DNA of 39,909 nt from a virus (IMGVR_UViG_3300037484_001115:1-39909), one strand, 5' to 3'; numbered from the stretch's first letter, positions 26,049 to 34,353 are shown. Numbers and translations: made by a program. Notes: generated by a model from the letters alone, not told the origin.

Positions 26049-27566
26049 CTAATGTTCATCTAACACCTGCCCTAATCTGAAATTGATTAACTGGTCAAGC
26101 GTACATTTTCCTGCTTTATAATTCTTTTCAGCTAAAGCTAAAATATCATCAGCAATTCTTTTCTGTCTAGGAGTATACAATTTTCCTTTGCGGTCAATCT
26201 TCCAATGCTTTTCAGTGTCGGTGACTTCTTCATCATCTGTAATGTCCACTAAGAGAAATTCTTCTTTGAAGTAATCGGGTACATTGTCGGCTAACATTTG
26301 CCTAAGTTCTAAGGTAGATACAGGAGGTTCAGTCCCAGCAGCAATCAAATCAGGTAGATACATAGACATTATGGTTTTGACTTTAGTCTCATTAATTTGT
26401 GCCCTTAACTGGTCCTCTTCGTCATTCTGATTGTCAAAACTAAAGTGGATATTCTCTGGCAGAATGTACCAGTTAATGGCTCTTTCAATCATGGAAATTA
26501 TGTCACCTTTGCCTTTACCTTTGGCCTTCTGTGACATAATTTCAGATTCTTTAGCTGTTCCCAATGACCCACCTGACATCGGCCAGAATTCTCTAGGGTC
26601 AACCCCAAATGCCAGAGCCACTATGTTGACATAGATATTAGTCGAAACTAGTTCGTCAAAACCTTCTGGTATTTGAGCAAAGTTTACAAAATTTGCCGTC
26701 GCTGGTTGAGCTGGGTCAATTGAGAATAAGGTCATAATATTCGACCAAATCTCTTGACCTAGCTTACGCCGACCTCTCTGGTGGTCTGAGGTAGCGTCAT
26801 CCCACTGGCTCGGCATCACATTGTTGAGAAGCAATAATCCTGCTTCTGGCATATCGGAAAGTTTCTCGTTCTTATATTGTGATAGCTTTAGGAGAACTTG
26901 AGAGGAAGCAATAATTCGGCTAACTGCACAAAAGCCAATCCCCATCATTGCCTCATTGGGGCTGGGCATATCAACAAATCTGACTACTCTGGTAGCATGA
27001 ATTTTGTGAGCACTTCCATCTTTGGGGTTGAGAAAGATAATCGGGTAAATGGGGTCGCCTGTAGGCTGGACAAACTGAGAATCTAAATGAGCTATTCCCA
27101 TAACAGGGCCTTCTAATGCCCCGTCAGGTTCTCCTGCCCCTATCAATTCCCAAGTAGCCCCTTTATCTTGGGTATAGTAATCTTGGAGTGTTTTAGCAAT
27201 CAGAATTGACCAACCCTGACCGAATTCTGATTCTGAGATAGTCGATTGAAATTTGGGGATAGTTCTTTTGGGACCTTCTAAAGTCCAGGGCAGTGTAGTG
27301 CCCCATTTGACCATTGAGGAAATAGCACCTTGTAAAATGTCATTGCCGACTTTCATCCAAAAGAGACGAAGGTCTCTGTCTCTGGCAGGTGACCACCATT
27401 CTGCTATTCCTGTTTGGTCATCAGGATGGGAAAACCACCAACGAAAAATACCACCGCTTTGCTGGGTGGCTCTTCTCTGAAAGGATAATTTAGCTGTGTC
27501 GGGAGAATCTTCTTTGACAGCTTCTAAGGTGTTATTTCCGTTTTGCTTAATGTCATTGTCGGACAT
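26049..27566 (-). CDS. Portal protein
   Basis: 505 aa after terminase; VALAFGVDPREFW, IERAIN...F.FD portal-like motifs. Confidence 0.75.
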   Translation of the reverse strand: MSDNDIKQNGNNTLEAVKEDSPDTAKLSFQRRATQQSGGIFRWWFSHPDDQTGIAEWWSPARDRDLRLFWMKVGNDILQGAISSMVKWGTTLPWTLEGPKRTIPKFQSTISESEFGQGWSILIAKTLQDYYTQDKGATWELIGAGEPDGALEGPVMGIAHLDSQFVQPTGDPIYPIIFLNPKDGSAHKIHATRVVRFVDMPSPNEAMMGIGFCAVSRIIASSQVLLKLSQYKNEKLSDMPEAGLLLLNNVMPSQWDDATSDHQRGRRKLGQEIWSNIMTLFSIDPAQPATANFVNFAQIPEGFDELVSTNIYVNIVALAFGVDPREFWPMSGGSLGTAKESEIMSQKAKGKGKGDIISMIERAINWYILPENIHFSFDNQNDEEDQLRAQINETKVKTIMSMYLPDLIAAGTEPPVSTLELRQMLADNVPDYFKEEFLLVDITDDEEVTDTEKHWKIDRKGKLYTPRQKRIADDILALAEKNYKAGKCTLDQLINFRLGQVLDEH

Positions 27567-27567
27567 T

Positions 27568-27602
27568 AAAAAGGCTCACTTTAATGTTAAATAAAGTGAG
27601 CC
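27568..27602 (-). terminator. Terminator-like hairpin plus U-tract immediately before the portal ATG
   Basis: 11-bp stem 27573-27583/27592-27602 followed by TTTTT-A-ATG. Confidence 0.5.
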
Positions 27603-27635
27603 GAAAGAGGGCGAACTTAGAGAGGGATTTAGAAT

Positions 27636-27839
27636 CTAAATTTTTTGTAAGGTTTCCCTGTTGACAGGAACTTTTCTTTTACATCCTGGACAGATGACAC
27701 ATTTCTCTAGTCCATATTGTTTACTTATCCAAGAATCAAGTATACCAATTGAATGTTTAACTACATGTATCATGAAGTCTTTTACTGTGTCATCATTAAA
27801 GAATAACATGTTCCTCCACTGGGATAATCTTGCAATCAA
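27636..27839 (-). CDS. Hypothetical protein (CxxC)
   Basis: Likely start MLFFND after GGAGG. Confidence 0.5.
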   Translation of the reverse strand: MIARLSQWRNMLFFNDDTVKDFMIHVVKHSIGILDSWISKQYGLEKCVICPGCKRKVPVNRETLQKI

Positions 27840-28017
27840 ATAATAACATTATTTTAGACCAAACAATCTCGGTGTCATTATTATATTTGGTCATTAGTTC
27901 TTTCCATTTTATCATAAATTCATGAGCAGTTGAACCATTAATTAAAATATAGCTTTGTGGTTTCAAACTATAATTATGCAATTTACTCTTATATTCTAAT
28001 TCCCAGTCAACTATCAT
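27796..28017 (-). CDS. Hypothetical protein
   Basis: 73 aa between terminase and portal. Confidence 0.5.
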   Translation of the reverse strand: MIVDWELEYKSKLHNYSLKPQSYILINGSTAHEFMIKWKELMTKYNNDTEIVWSKIMLLFDCKIIPVEEHVIL

Positions 28018-28020
28018 TAT

Positions 28021-29421
28021 TTAACCCAAATTGTAATACAAAGCCCTTTGAGCGCCTTGTGAAATTGCTACGGCAGCATCTACCTTCAAGCTAGTAGCTC
28101 TCTTAACTATCCTTATTCCATCTTCTCCACTTTTCTTGATGTCTGCATTATCCATATGTTGTCTTAAAAGTGGGTTTCCATCATGAGCAATTCTCTTACT
28201 CATGATAATCTGTTGCAAGTCTTTATCGGCAATCAATCGAGCTTTGCCTTGGTCAAAGGCTTTAGCGTTGACCCCTAGCTTTCTTAACTTCTCTCCCATC
28301 CAATGCAATTGGGTAATATCATAGGGAACTTCAACTAAGGAGTAGTTATCTTTGAGTTTCAATATCTCATTCCAGATAGGGTCAAAGTCTAAATACTTAC
28401 CAGGTTCAGCTTGCCAGATTCCACAATATCTAACTGCTAAATCTTGTTTTCGGTGGGGATGTCTGGTCACAATAACTGCTGCAAAACAATCGGCCAGATT
28501 TGAAGTTGTCTCTGAACCTGTAGCGGCATCAAGAGATAAGATAGCGGGTTCACTTCGAGTTAAAGGAGGTAATTCTTCCCGACACGCATCCCACCAGAAT
28601 ATATTGATAAATTTCTCAGTGTCAGATTCATCTTCCCATTCTGCGTCAACCCGAACCCTGGCCTCAGATTCAGTTAAGGAGTTGCGCCGATTTTCAATAT
28701 ATCCTTCGGCTAGGTTTTCTCGATTGAGTTCCAACGGTAGAGTAACAACTAGACTATTCTGTTTGAAATTGAGATATTTGTCACCTGATTGAATCGGGCC
28801 GAAATATTCCCATAACCAATTCTTCTTAGGAGTAGTAGTTATCCAACCTTGAGGAGCTGCTTGACCAGGAATACGACACCGACCATCTAACACCTTGAGC
28901 GCCTCAGCATCGGCGTGACGACCTTCATCCATATGCCAGAAGTTCACATTAGGCCCTTCCCAACTTCCTGGCTTTTCAATTCCCCCGCATATCAACTTAG
29001 CCCCGGTGATGAAATTGAGAATAAAAGAAGATTGAGGCGACCAAGTTAAACTCAACATATAGCGTTGAGTAGGGATAACTAAATCAGGCAAACACCATCT
29101 TTGGAATTCGGGCCATAAAGATTTCTTAAAGTGAGGTAAATCAGGAGAGACAAGGATACCACTCATCCCCCTACGTAACCGCTCCAAGTCTTTGATAATT
29201 CCAGCAACAGATTTACCAGCACCTTCGCCGCCTTTTAACAAAGCATATCTAGGAGAATCAGAATAGACAAATTGTCTTTCCTCTTCCATGTGAGGTTTAT
29301 ACAATCTGCCAGTTTCCCGGTTGTGATATTCGGAAGGCCAACTATTCTGTTTCTTCTGAACCCACTTCTGGGCTACTCGCTGAACCAGAGGTGAGACGTT
29401 TGACGATACGCTGGAAGTCAT
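28021..29421 (-). CDS. terL: Terminase large subunit
   Basis: Walker A GGEGAGKS, Walker B WHMDEG, TTTP coupling motif, RNase H-like LSLDAA...D, KVDAAVA. Confidence 0.92.
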   Translation of the reverse strand: MTSSVSSNVSPLVQRVAQKWVQKKQNSWPSEYHNRETGRLYKPHMEEERQFVYSDSPRYALLKGGEGAGKSVAGIIKDLERLRRGMSGILVSPDLPHFKKSLWPEFQRWCLPDLVIPTQRYMLSLTWSPQSSFILNFITGAKLICGGIEKPGSWEGPNVNFWHMDEGRHADAEALKVLDGRCRIPGQAAPQGWITTTPKKNWLWEYFGPIQSGDKYLNFKQNSLVVTLPLELNRENLAEGYIENRRNSLTESEARVRVDAEWEDESDTEKFINIFWWDACREELPPLTRSEPAILSLDAATGSETTSNLADCFAAVIVTRHPHRKQDLAVRYCGIWQAEPGKYLDFDPIWNEILKLKDNYSLVEVPYDITQLHWMGEKLRKLGVNAKAFDQGKARLIADKDLQQIIMSKRIAHDGNPLLRQHMDNADIKKSGEDGIRIVKRATSLKVDAAVAISQGAQRALYYNLG

Positions 29422-29899
29422 CAGGTGATAATTCTTCCTCTAAAGCCGCTAGAATAGAATCTAATTCTTTTTCAACTTTGGTTTCTATGATATGCCTATC
29501 TGAGAATAGACCATGTTGTTTGCCAATATTTAATAAAGCGGTTTGACTACTAGGAAATTGAACCTCGACCCCAAATTTTGTTGGTTTCAAACCTTGAACA
29601 AGATAACCTTTACCATCTTCTTTTAGTCTTCTGAAATCAATCTTACCTTGTTCAGTTAGGTAATCTCCTTGTATCCCTCTTGCTTGCTCAGTAAGTCTGG
29701 CTAAGACTTCATCTGCCCCCATGTGCATTTCAGTTAGCTTTTGGTTAATCGTGTCCCTTATTTCTCTAACATTAGACAACATCCGAGGACCTTGCACTTG
29801 GGGATGTTTGTAACCCATTTGCCTAGCGGCCTCAGTAGCATTGAGGTTACATTCAAAATATTTGTCTATAAAAGCTAATTGTCGTGCAGTTAAAGCCAT
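29342..29899 (-). CDS. terS: Terminase small subunit
   Basis: LTARQLAFIDKY...NATEAARQMGY...ADEVLARLTEQAR. Confidence 0.9.
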   Translation of the reverse strand: MALTARQLAFIDKYFECNLNATEAARQMGYKHPQVQGPRMLSNVREIRDTINQKLTEMHMGADEVLARLTEQARGIQGDYLTEQGKIDFRRLKEDGKGYLVQGLKPTKFGVEVQFPSSQTALLNIGKQHGLFSDRHIIETKVEKELDSILAALEEELSPDDFQRIVKRLTSGSASSPEVGSEETE

Positions 29900-29925
29900 T
29901 CAATAATCCTATATTATTATGTCTT

Positions 29926-29955
29926 ATTATACATTGATTATTGATTGTATGTCAA
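29926..29955 (-). promoter_or_regulatory. Sigma70-type promoter of the packaging/head operon
   Basis: TTGACA-18-TATAAT upstream of terS. Confidence 0.65.
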
Positions 29956-30003
29956 TAAGAGAATTTAGAATCTAAATTCATTCAAAATTATGTAAAGAAT
30001 GTA

Positions 30004-30032
30004 TTGACAGATTTTAATTTATATGTTAATAT
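30004..30032 (+). promoter_or_regulatory. Sigma70-type promoter (early-like family)
   Basis: TTGACA-17-TAATAT with TATGT before -10. Confidence 0.7.
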
Positions 30033-30067
30033 AGATGTAAGATAGAAATTAAATTTTGGAGCTAACA

Positions 30068-30295
30068 ATGGATACAATGAAAATCAAAATCAATGGAAAT
30101 TTAGAAAATCTTATGAATGTGATGGGTGAAATCTCAAAGAATTTTGGTTTCAGATATGAAGGTCACATTACAATTCTTTCCAGCGGCAATGATTTTATTC
30201 TCTATTCTATATCTCGAAAATTTGGAATTTATTTCTTCAATACAGCAGACAAAATTGCTACAAAACACAATTGTAGTGTTCAAGGTGTTTTATAA
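30068..30295 (+). CDS. Hypothetical protein (single-gene cassette)
   Basis: Own promoter, GGAG-ATG at 30068, own terminator. Confidence 0.65.
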   Translation: MDTMKIKINGNLENLMNVMGEISKNFGFRYEGHITILSSGNDFILYSISRKFGIYFFNTADKIATKHNCSVQGVL

Positions 30296-30310
30296 AAATT
30301 CTCTTAGATA

Positions 30311-30341
30311 AAAAGACATCTCCAAAAAAGATGTCTTTTTT
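30311..30341 (+). terminator. Intrinsic terminator
   Basis: AAAAGACATCT/AGATGTCTTTT plus T run. Confidence 0.7.
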
Positions 30342-30352
30342 GATTCCAATAA

Positions 30353-30382
30353 AAACAGCCATTTAACATTAAATGGCTGTTT
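30353..30382 (-). terminator. Palindromic terminator with the ATTTAACATTAAAT motif at its centre
   Basis: AAACAGCC-ATTTAACATTAAAT-GGCTGTTT; T run on minus strand. Confidence 0.6.
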
Positions 30383-30439
30383 ACCCCAGGAATTTCGCTG
30401 ATACTTCTTCTTTTGTTTATCGAATAAGCCTCACCTCCT

Positions 30440-30760
30440 TTATTCTGGTGTCTCGTATCTATCATTGTCTGGTTGTCCGCCTAATGTAATCATTAGAAAG
30501 ATAGCTGTTAAAAAGAAAATTCTAAATCGACATAAATTAAAAGCTACCAATAGACATCCTGTTAAATCTGAGAATGTCCTCAACCAAGCAAAAGATAATT
30601 GTTGTCTGTTCTGCTTGAAATCGTGAAACCATTTCAGAGCTTGCCAGATACCTTTATTCTTCCAGATAGCAAAGAAGAATCTACTCTGTTCTGGGGCTTG
30701 GCTTGTTTCCTTCAATCTATGTTGGTTATATCCCTCCTGCAATTTCATAGGACTTCTCAT
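30440..30760 (-). CDS. Hypothetical membrane protein
   Basis: 106 aa with hydrophobic C-terminus. Confidence 0.5.
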   Translation of the reverse strand: MRSPMKLQEGYNQHRLKETSQAPEQSRFFFAIWKNKGIWQALKWFHDFKQNRQQLSFAWLRTFSDLTGCLLVAFNLCRFRIFFLTAIFLMITLGGQPDNDRYETPE

Positions 30761-30978
30761 TCAAAATCAGCTATTTCCTTCTCCATGTAGAATCTAGTTA
30801 CATCTTTATTGACAGATATGGTATTAACTAATCTCCAACCTTGCTCACCCAAGTAATTTAATGTTTCCATCAAATCTTTACCAGATATTTCTACAGATTC
30901 ATCAGTTATAGCAATCCATTCATTAGGACCCACCATGCACACTTCACAATATTTGTGTAGTTTCATTTCCTTCTCCAT
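30757..30978 (-). CDS. DUF4177-like protein
   Basis: LNYLGEQGWRLV...FYMEKE. Confidence 0.65.
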   Translation of the reverse strand: MEKEMKLHKYCEVCMVGPNEWIAITDESVEISGKDLMETLNYLGEQGWRLVNTISVNKDVTRFYMEKEIADFE

Positions 30979-31009
30979 TTAACATTAAATTGGGCGCCTC
31001 CAACCTATC

Positions 31010-31240
31010 GCCAAAGTCTTTTCGTTTTGTAGCTTAAGGAGCAACCCCTAAGTCAAGAGCTTGCAAATAATGTTTGCGTTGTCACGAATAGGTCAGATAT
31101 TCTCCCTAATTAGCATAAGGGGTGGATGTCCAGGAGCCTCACTATTTGTCAACAAAACATTAGTTTCAACGAGTGACTATGAATTGTGACCGGCGGTGTT
31201 ATGATGGAATTCAATTGTGAGCCGCTACCTCAACTTTGGC
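31010..31240 (-). ncRNA. Candidate structured ncRNA downstream of the tRNA-like element
   Basis: No ORF of 60 aa or more, higher GC, ends pair (GCCAAAGT/ACTTTGGC), internal hairpins. Confidence 0.35.
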
Positions 31241-31245
31241 CTCTG

Positions 31246-31331
31246 TGGGCGAGGTAGGGAATCGAACCCTACAAGCTACTTGAAGCTAACCTAGTATACT
31301 CAGTTGACTTTGCCCATTTGTCTACTCGCCC
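31246..31331 (-). tRNA. tRNA-like element (class II, Leu/Ser-type body) with defective anticodon arm
   Basis: Acceptor GGGCGAG/CTCGCCC; D arm GAC-AAATGGGCAAA-GTC; variable arm AGCT/AGCT; T arm GTAGGG-TTCGATT-CCCTAC; no canonical anticodon loop and no CCA. Confidence 0.65.
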
Positions 31332-31519
31332 AATTAATTTGGCAAGATAGAAGATACAAGAGAGTTATTGAGTTCTGTTTAGACATTTAGCTTGTTGCCT
31401 ACAAGATTTAATCTTGTTTTCTGCCGTATACCTTGGATGTCATACCTCATATTTTCGATTATCTTGCCTCAATTTTATCGTCTCTCCGATTGTCACGCTT
31501 TTGGCAGTTACGTCATCTG

Positions 31520-31595
31520 GCAGACTTCGGGTTTAATGCGCTTCACTCCGATATTCACCACAGGCTCCTAGAAAACCCTCGGAGTTATAGTCTGC
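31520..31595 (-). ncRNA. Candidate pseudoknotted small RNA after tRNA-Arg
   Basis: Closing stem GCAGACT/AGTCTGC encloses crossed helices ACTCCGA/TCGGAGT and GGGTTT/AAACCC. Confidence 0.4.
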
Positions 31596-31602
31596 TGCCG
31601 CA

Positions 31603-31679
31603 TGGTATCCCTGGCAAGGCTCGAACTTGCAACCTAGTGGGTAGAAACCACTTACTCTGTCCTATTGAGCTACAGGGAT
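31603..31679 (-). tRNA. tRNA-Arg(UCU) with encoded CCA
   Basis: ATCCCTG TA GCTC..GAGT A AGTGG TT TCT AC CCACT AGGTT GCAAG TTCGAGC CTTGC CAGGGAT A CCA. Confidence 0.92.
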
Positions 31680-31705
31680 ATATTTTGTTGTTAAATTTCT
31701 CTATT

Positions 31706-31734
31706 ATATTAACATAGATTGATTTTTTTGTCAA
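31706..31734 (-). promoter_or_regulatory. Promoter of the tRNA/ncRNA island
   Basis: TTGACA-17-TAATAT with TATGT. Confidence 0.75.
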
Positions 31735-31784
31735 TCTTTTCTGACATAATGTCAAAACATCTTTTCACATTATGACAATTCATC

Positions 31785-31814
31785 ATTGACATATTTACAA
31801 ATGTATGTTAATAT
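31785..31814 (+). promoter_or_regulatory. Promoter; copy 1 of an exact 30-bp repeat
   Basis: ATTGACATATTTACAAATGTATGTTAATAT. Confidence 0.8.
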
Positions 31815-31819
31815 GATAG

Positions 31820-32029
31820 ATGGAAGAGAGAATGATTATGAAACGTGGACAATATCTCAAAAACAAGAAATCTGGAAAAATCATCATGTTTGTTGAATCT
31901 TTTCCTTATTTGGGAGAAGATACAAATTGGGAACAATCAACTTGTTATCGCTGTTATGTGAAAAAAGGTCAATACAAGTACATTGTTGAAAAAGACCTTG
32001 TTAAATATGAAATGGTGGAGTCAAGATAA
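31820..32029 (+). CDS. Hypothetical protein
   Basis: Follows promoter; coupled to next gene. Confidence 0.6.
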   Translation: MEERMIMKRGQYLKNKKSGKIIMFVESFPYLGEDTNWEQSTCYRCYVKKGQYKYIVEKDLVKYEMVESR

Positions 32030-32520
32030 TGTTTACCTCTGAATCTGCAAAATCAGCCAGGGCCAAAGTATCCTCAAAATCTTCATCCGAGAATGGAAAG
32101 AAAGGCTATCAAGCTCTTGTTTCCAAAGGTAAGGAAAAATTAGCTGCTCAAAAAGCAGCCGAATGGCGATTGAATCATCCTTCTAATCTTGAAAAAATAG
32201 TCGCGGGTTGGTTGAATGAATTGAATATTCAATACAAAAGAGAAGTCAACATCGACCGCTATTATGTAGATTTTTTAGTTGATAATCTAGCAATCGAAGT
32301 CAATGGGGCCCAATGGCATGAGAAAGAAGAATTGAGGCCAGGTCAAAAAAATCGAGACCAGAGCAAATATAGAACATTGATTGGTCTGGGTTACACAGTC
32401 TTAATTCTTCCAAAAGTGACATTATCTCTGGCCTCGCTAAAGAAAAATTACAAAAATTATTCTAAATCAATCTTCATATTATGTGAATTGTCTATTGACA
32501 TATTTACAAATGTATGTTAA
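32029..32520 (+). CDS. DUF559/Vsr-like PD-(D/E)xK endonuclease, probable -1 frameshift near C-terminus
   Basis: PSNLE, YYVDFL...IEVNG..WH, RD..K, GYTVL; natural-looking end in the -1 frame stops at 32465. Confidence 0.75.
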   Translation: MFTSESAKSARAKVSSKSSSENGKKGYQALVSKGKEKLAAQKAAEWRLNHPSNLEKIVAGWLNELNIQYKREVNIDRYYVDFLVDNLAIEVNGAQWHEKEELRPGQKNRDQSKYRTLIGLGYTVLILPKVTLSLASLKKNYKNYSKSIFILCELSIDIFTNVC

Positions 32521-32523
32521 TAT
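32494..32523 (+). promoter_or_regulatory. Promoter; copy 2 of the exact 30-bp repeat
   Basis: Identical to 31785-31814. Confidence 0.8.
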
Positions 32524-32559
32524 AATCATGTAATTATGATTTATTTTGGAGATTGAAAA

Positions 32560-32982
32560 ATGACACTCAGACAAAGAACCAATCTAGCTCGAAAAATTCA
32601 ACCCAAACTTTGTACTAACAAAGTAGGAAAATCTGTTTGGGGAATGAGGACAATCTCAGACCAGAGTAAAAATGTTCAGGTTGAGATTTTCAAAAAGCAG
32701 AACATCACCTCTGTGAATGGAAAAGGCAAAATCAGTCACGGATTGTATATCTGCCAAGTTCACAGAATCAACAAATTCAACGAATGGGGACAATATTATG
32801 GGCCTCACATGTTGGAGTATGCAATTGCCAGCATTTTAGGCGAAGCTCAGAAAAATAAAAAATCTGTTATCTTCTACACAGATTTGAAGTCAGTGGTCTT
32901 GAAAAAGAAAATTCAGGATGTTTCAATGATTGAAATTAAATGTGGGAAGGAAAGAATTTGGGGAGTTGTGTACAATGACTAG
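32560..32982 (+). CDS. Hypothetical early protein
   Basis: GGAG RBS after promoter; 140 aa. Confidence 0.65.
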   Translation: MTLRQRTNLARKIQPKLCTNKVGKSVWGMRTISDQSKNVQVEIFKKQNITSVNGKGKISHGLYICQVHRINKFNEWGQYYGPHMLEYAIASILGEAQKNKKSVIFYTDLKSVVLKKKIQDVSMIEIKCGKERIWGVVYND

Positions 32983-33280
32983 ACAGCACATTAGTAAAGT
33001 CCAAGATAAATCAGCAGGAAATCTTTGTTCTGTTCAAACAGAATTAAAAGATGATTATTATCATAACAACATTTTTGATGCTGCTTTAGCCCTTTGTTGT
33101 TATAAAGCAGATATTGGTGGCAGTCTTTCTCATCTAATCTATCAAACTCAATGGTCAAGCGGAATGACTCTCTGGACAGAATCAAATGGTGAAGGAACAG
33201 CTACAGTCAAAGATGGGGTTGTCAAAACTATCGGAATTATGGAACCAACCTATGATGGAAAATTCAAAATCAATAGTTAA
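32975..33280 (+). CDS. Hypothetical protein
   Basis: Likely start MTRQH after GGGAG. Confidence 0.55.
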   Translation: MTRQHISKVQDKSAGNLCSVQTELKDDYYHNNIFDAALALCCYKADIGGSLSHLIYQTQWSSGMTLWTESNGEGTATVKDGVVKTIGIMEPTYDGKFKINS

Positions 33281-33461
33281 ATTACCCACCAAAAGAGAGA
33301 TTAAGAATCAAGCCAGAGATTTAGGACTTGATTTAACTAAAAAACAAATTATCAATATCCAAAATCATCTATACAGAATAGCACAGGCCGCTGCGTACAA
33401 CGAATTAGGAGATATGGGGTATACCGATTTTATCGAATGGGGCAATACAAAATGGGAATAG
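33186..33461 (+). CDS. Hypothetical protein
   Basis: ORF track; likely start MMENSK. Confidence 0.5.
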   Translation: MVKEQLQSKMGLSKLSELWNQPMMENSKSIVKLPTKREIKNQARDLGLDLTKKQIINIQNHLYRIAQAAAYNELGDMGYTDFIEWGNTKWE

Positions 33462-33796
33462 ATATTCCTTTCTTCTATGGGGGATGGGTTAATTATTGGA
33501 ATAATTCAACTTATCCAGGAACAGAAATTCGACGGACTTCGGGGATAGGTTTTAGCTCTGATAATCTAGAAGATATTAACAAGCAATTGGATTATTACCT
33601 AGATTATTATGCTAATCAGTTAGGTTATGAAATTCAAGATTTTTCAATTGTTAAAAATTGTGCATATTGTCATAGCTCTGGTATTGTTTATTATGGGAAA
33701 AGAGTTAGACGTAGTAAATCTTGTCCATTTTGCAAAGGCAAGCCAGAGTTAGAGGTTATTTTAAGCTGGAAACATTGGAGAGAAATTAGGAAATAA
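33437..33796 (+). CDS. Hypothetical protein with DnaJ-like CxxCxxxG Zn finger
   Basis: CAYCHSSG...CPFCKG. Confidence 0.6.
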   Translation: MGQYKMGIDIPFFYGGWVNYWNNSTYPGTEIRRTSGIGFSSDNLEDINKQLDYYLDYYANQLGYEIQDFSIVKNCAYCHSSGIVYYGKRVRRSKSCPFCKGKPELEVILSWKHWREIRK

Positions 33797-33815
33797 TCTC
33801 ATTTAATATTAAATC

Positions 33816-33848
33816 GAAAGGCTCACTTTTTCTACAAGTGAGCTTTTC
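33816..33848. terminator. Bidirectional terminator between convergent operons
   Basis: GAAAGGCTCACTT/AAGTGAGCTTTTC. Confidence 0.7.
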
Positions 33849-33891
33849 TTTATGGAAAGAGGGAAGGTCTAAAATGAACAAAATTATTATA

Positions 33892-34353
33892 TCATTGTTT
33901 CAAAAATTCTTCAATAGCCTTGCCCCATTTTTCTAATGTTTCCCTCGAATGGGTTCCCACTTCTTTAACTGAATAAGGTATCAGTTCTTCATCCAATGAA
34001 ATCATGGCATGAGCAGTTCTGACTTCTTTTAATCTGCCATGCTCTCCTATAAATCTTAAAGCCATTTCTGAATCGGCTGATTTTTCTACTAATTTTCCTA
34101 AACTAACCTCGTCTAATTCATCCAGATGAACCAAAAAATAATCAAAAATCTCCTCCATATTACGCCAATTAAAGAAAGCTTTACTCAAGTGATTGATAGC
34201 CTCTTTTAATTCTGTGTCCACTTCCATCCTTTGTTTTCTAAGACTTTTGGTAGTAGCAGACACGGCCAAAACTGAATTAACTGCATTGGTTAAATCTCTG
34301 GTCAATTCTCTTAGTCGATTAGTAATGGGAGTATACAAATCCTCAGTCATCAT
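33892..34353 (-). CDS. Hypothetical helical/coiled-coil protein
   Basis: 153 aa; AAGGA RBS. Confidence 0.6.
   Translation of the reverse strand: MMTEDLYTPITNRLRELTRDLTNAVNSVLAVSATTKSLRKQRMEVDTELKEAINHLSKAFFNWRNMEEIFDYFLVHLDELDEVSLGKLVEKSADSEMALRFIGEHGRLKEVRTAHAMISLDEELIPYSVKEVGTHSRETLEKWGKAIEEFLKQ

Noticed and set aside
30361-30374. Complete dif/Xer attachment site
   Set aside because: Only an XerD-arm-like match; no XerC arm at 6-bp spacing was recognisable
31182-31226. lacO-like AATTGTGAGC / AATTGTGACC
   Set aside because: Half-sites only and no vector context; probably chance or part of the RNA structure
31433-31717. 94-aa plus-strand ORF
   Set aside because: Antisense to tRNA-Arg and its promoter
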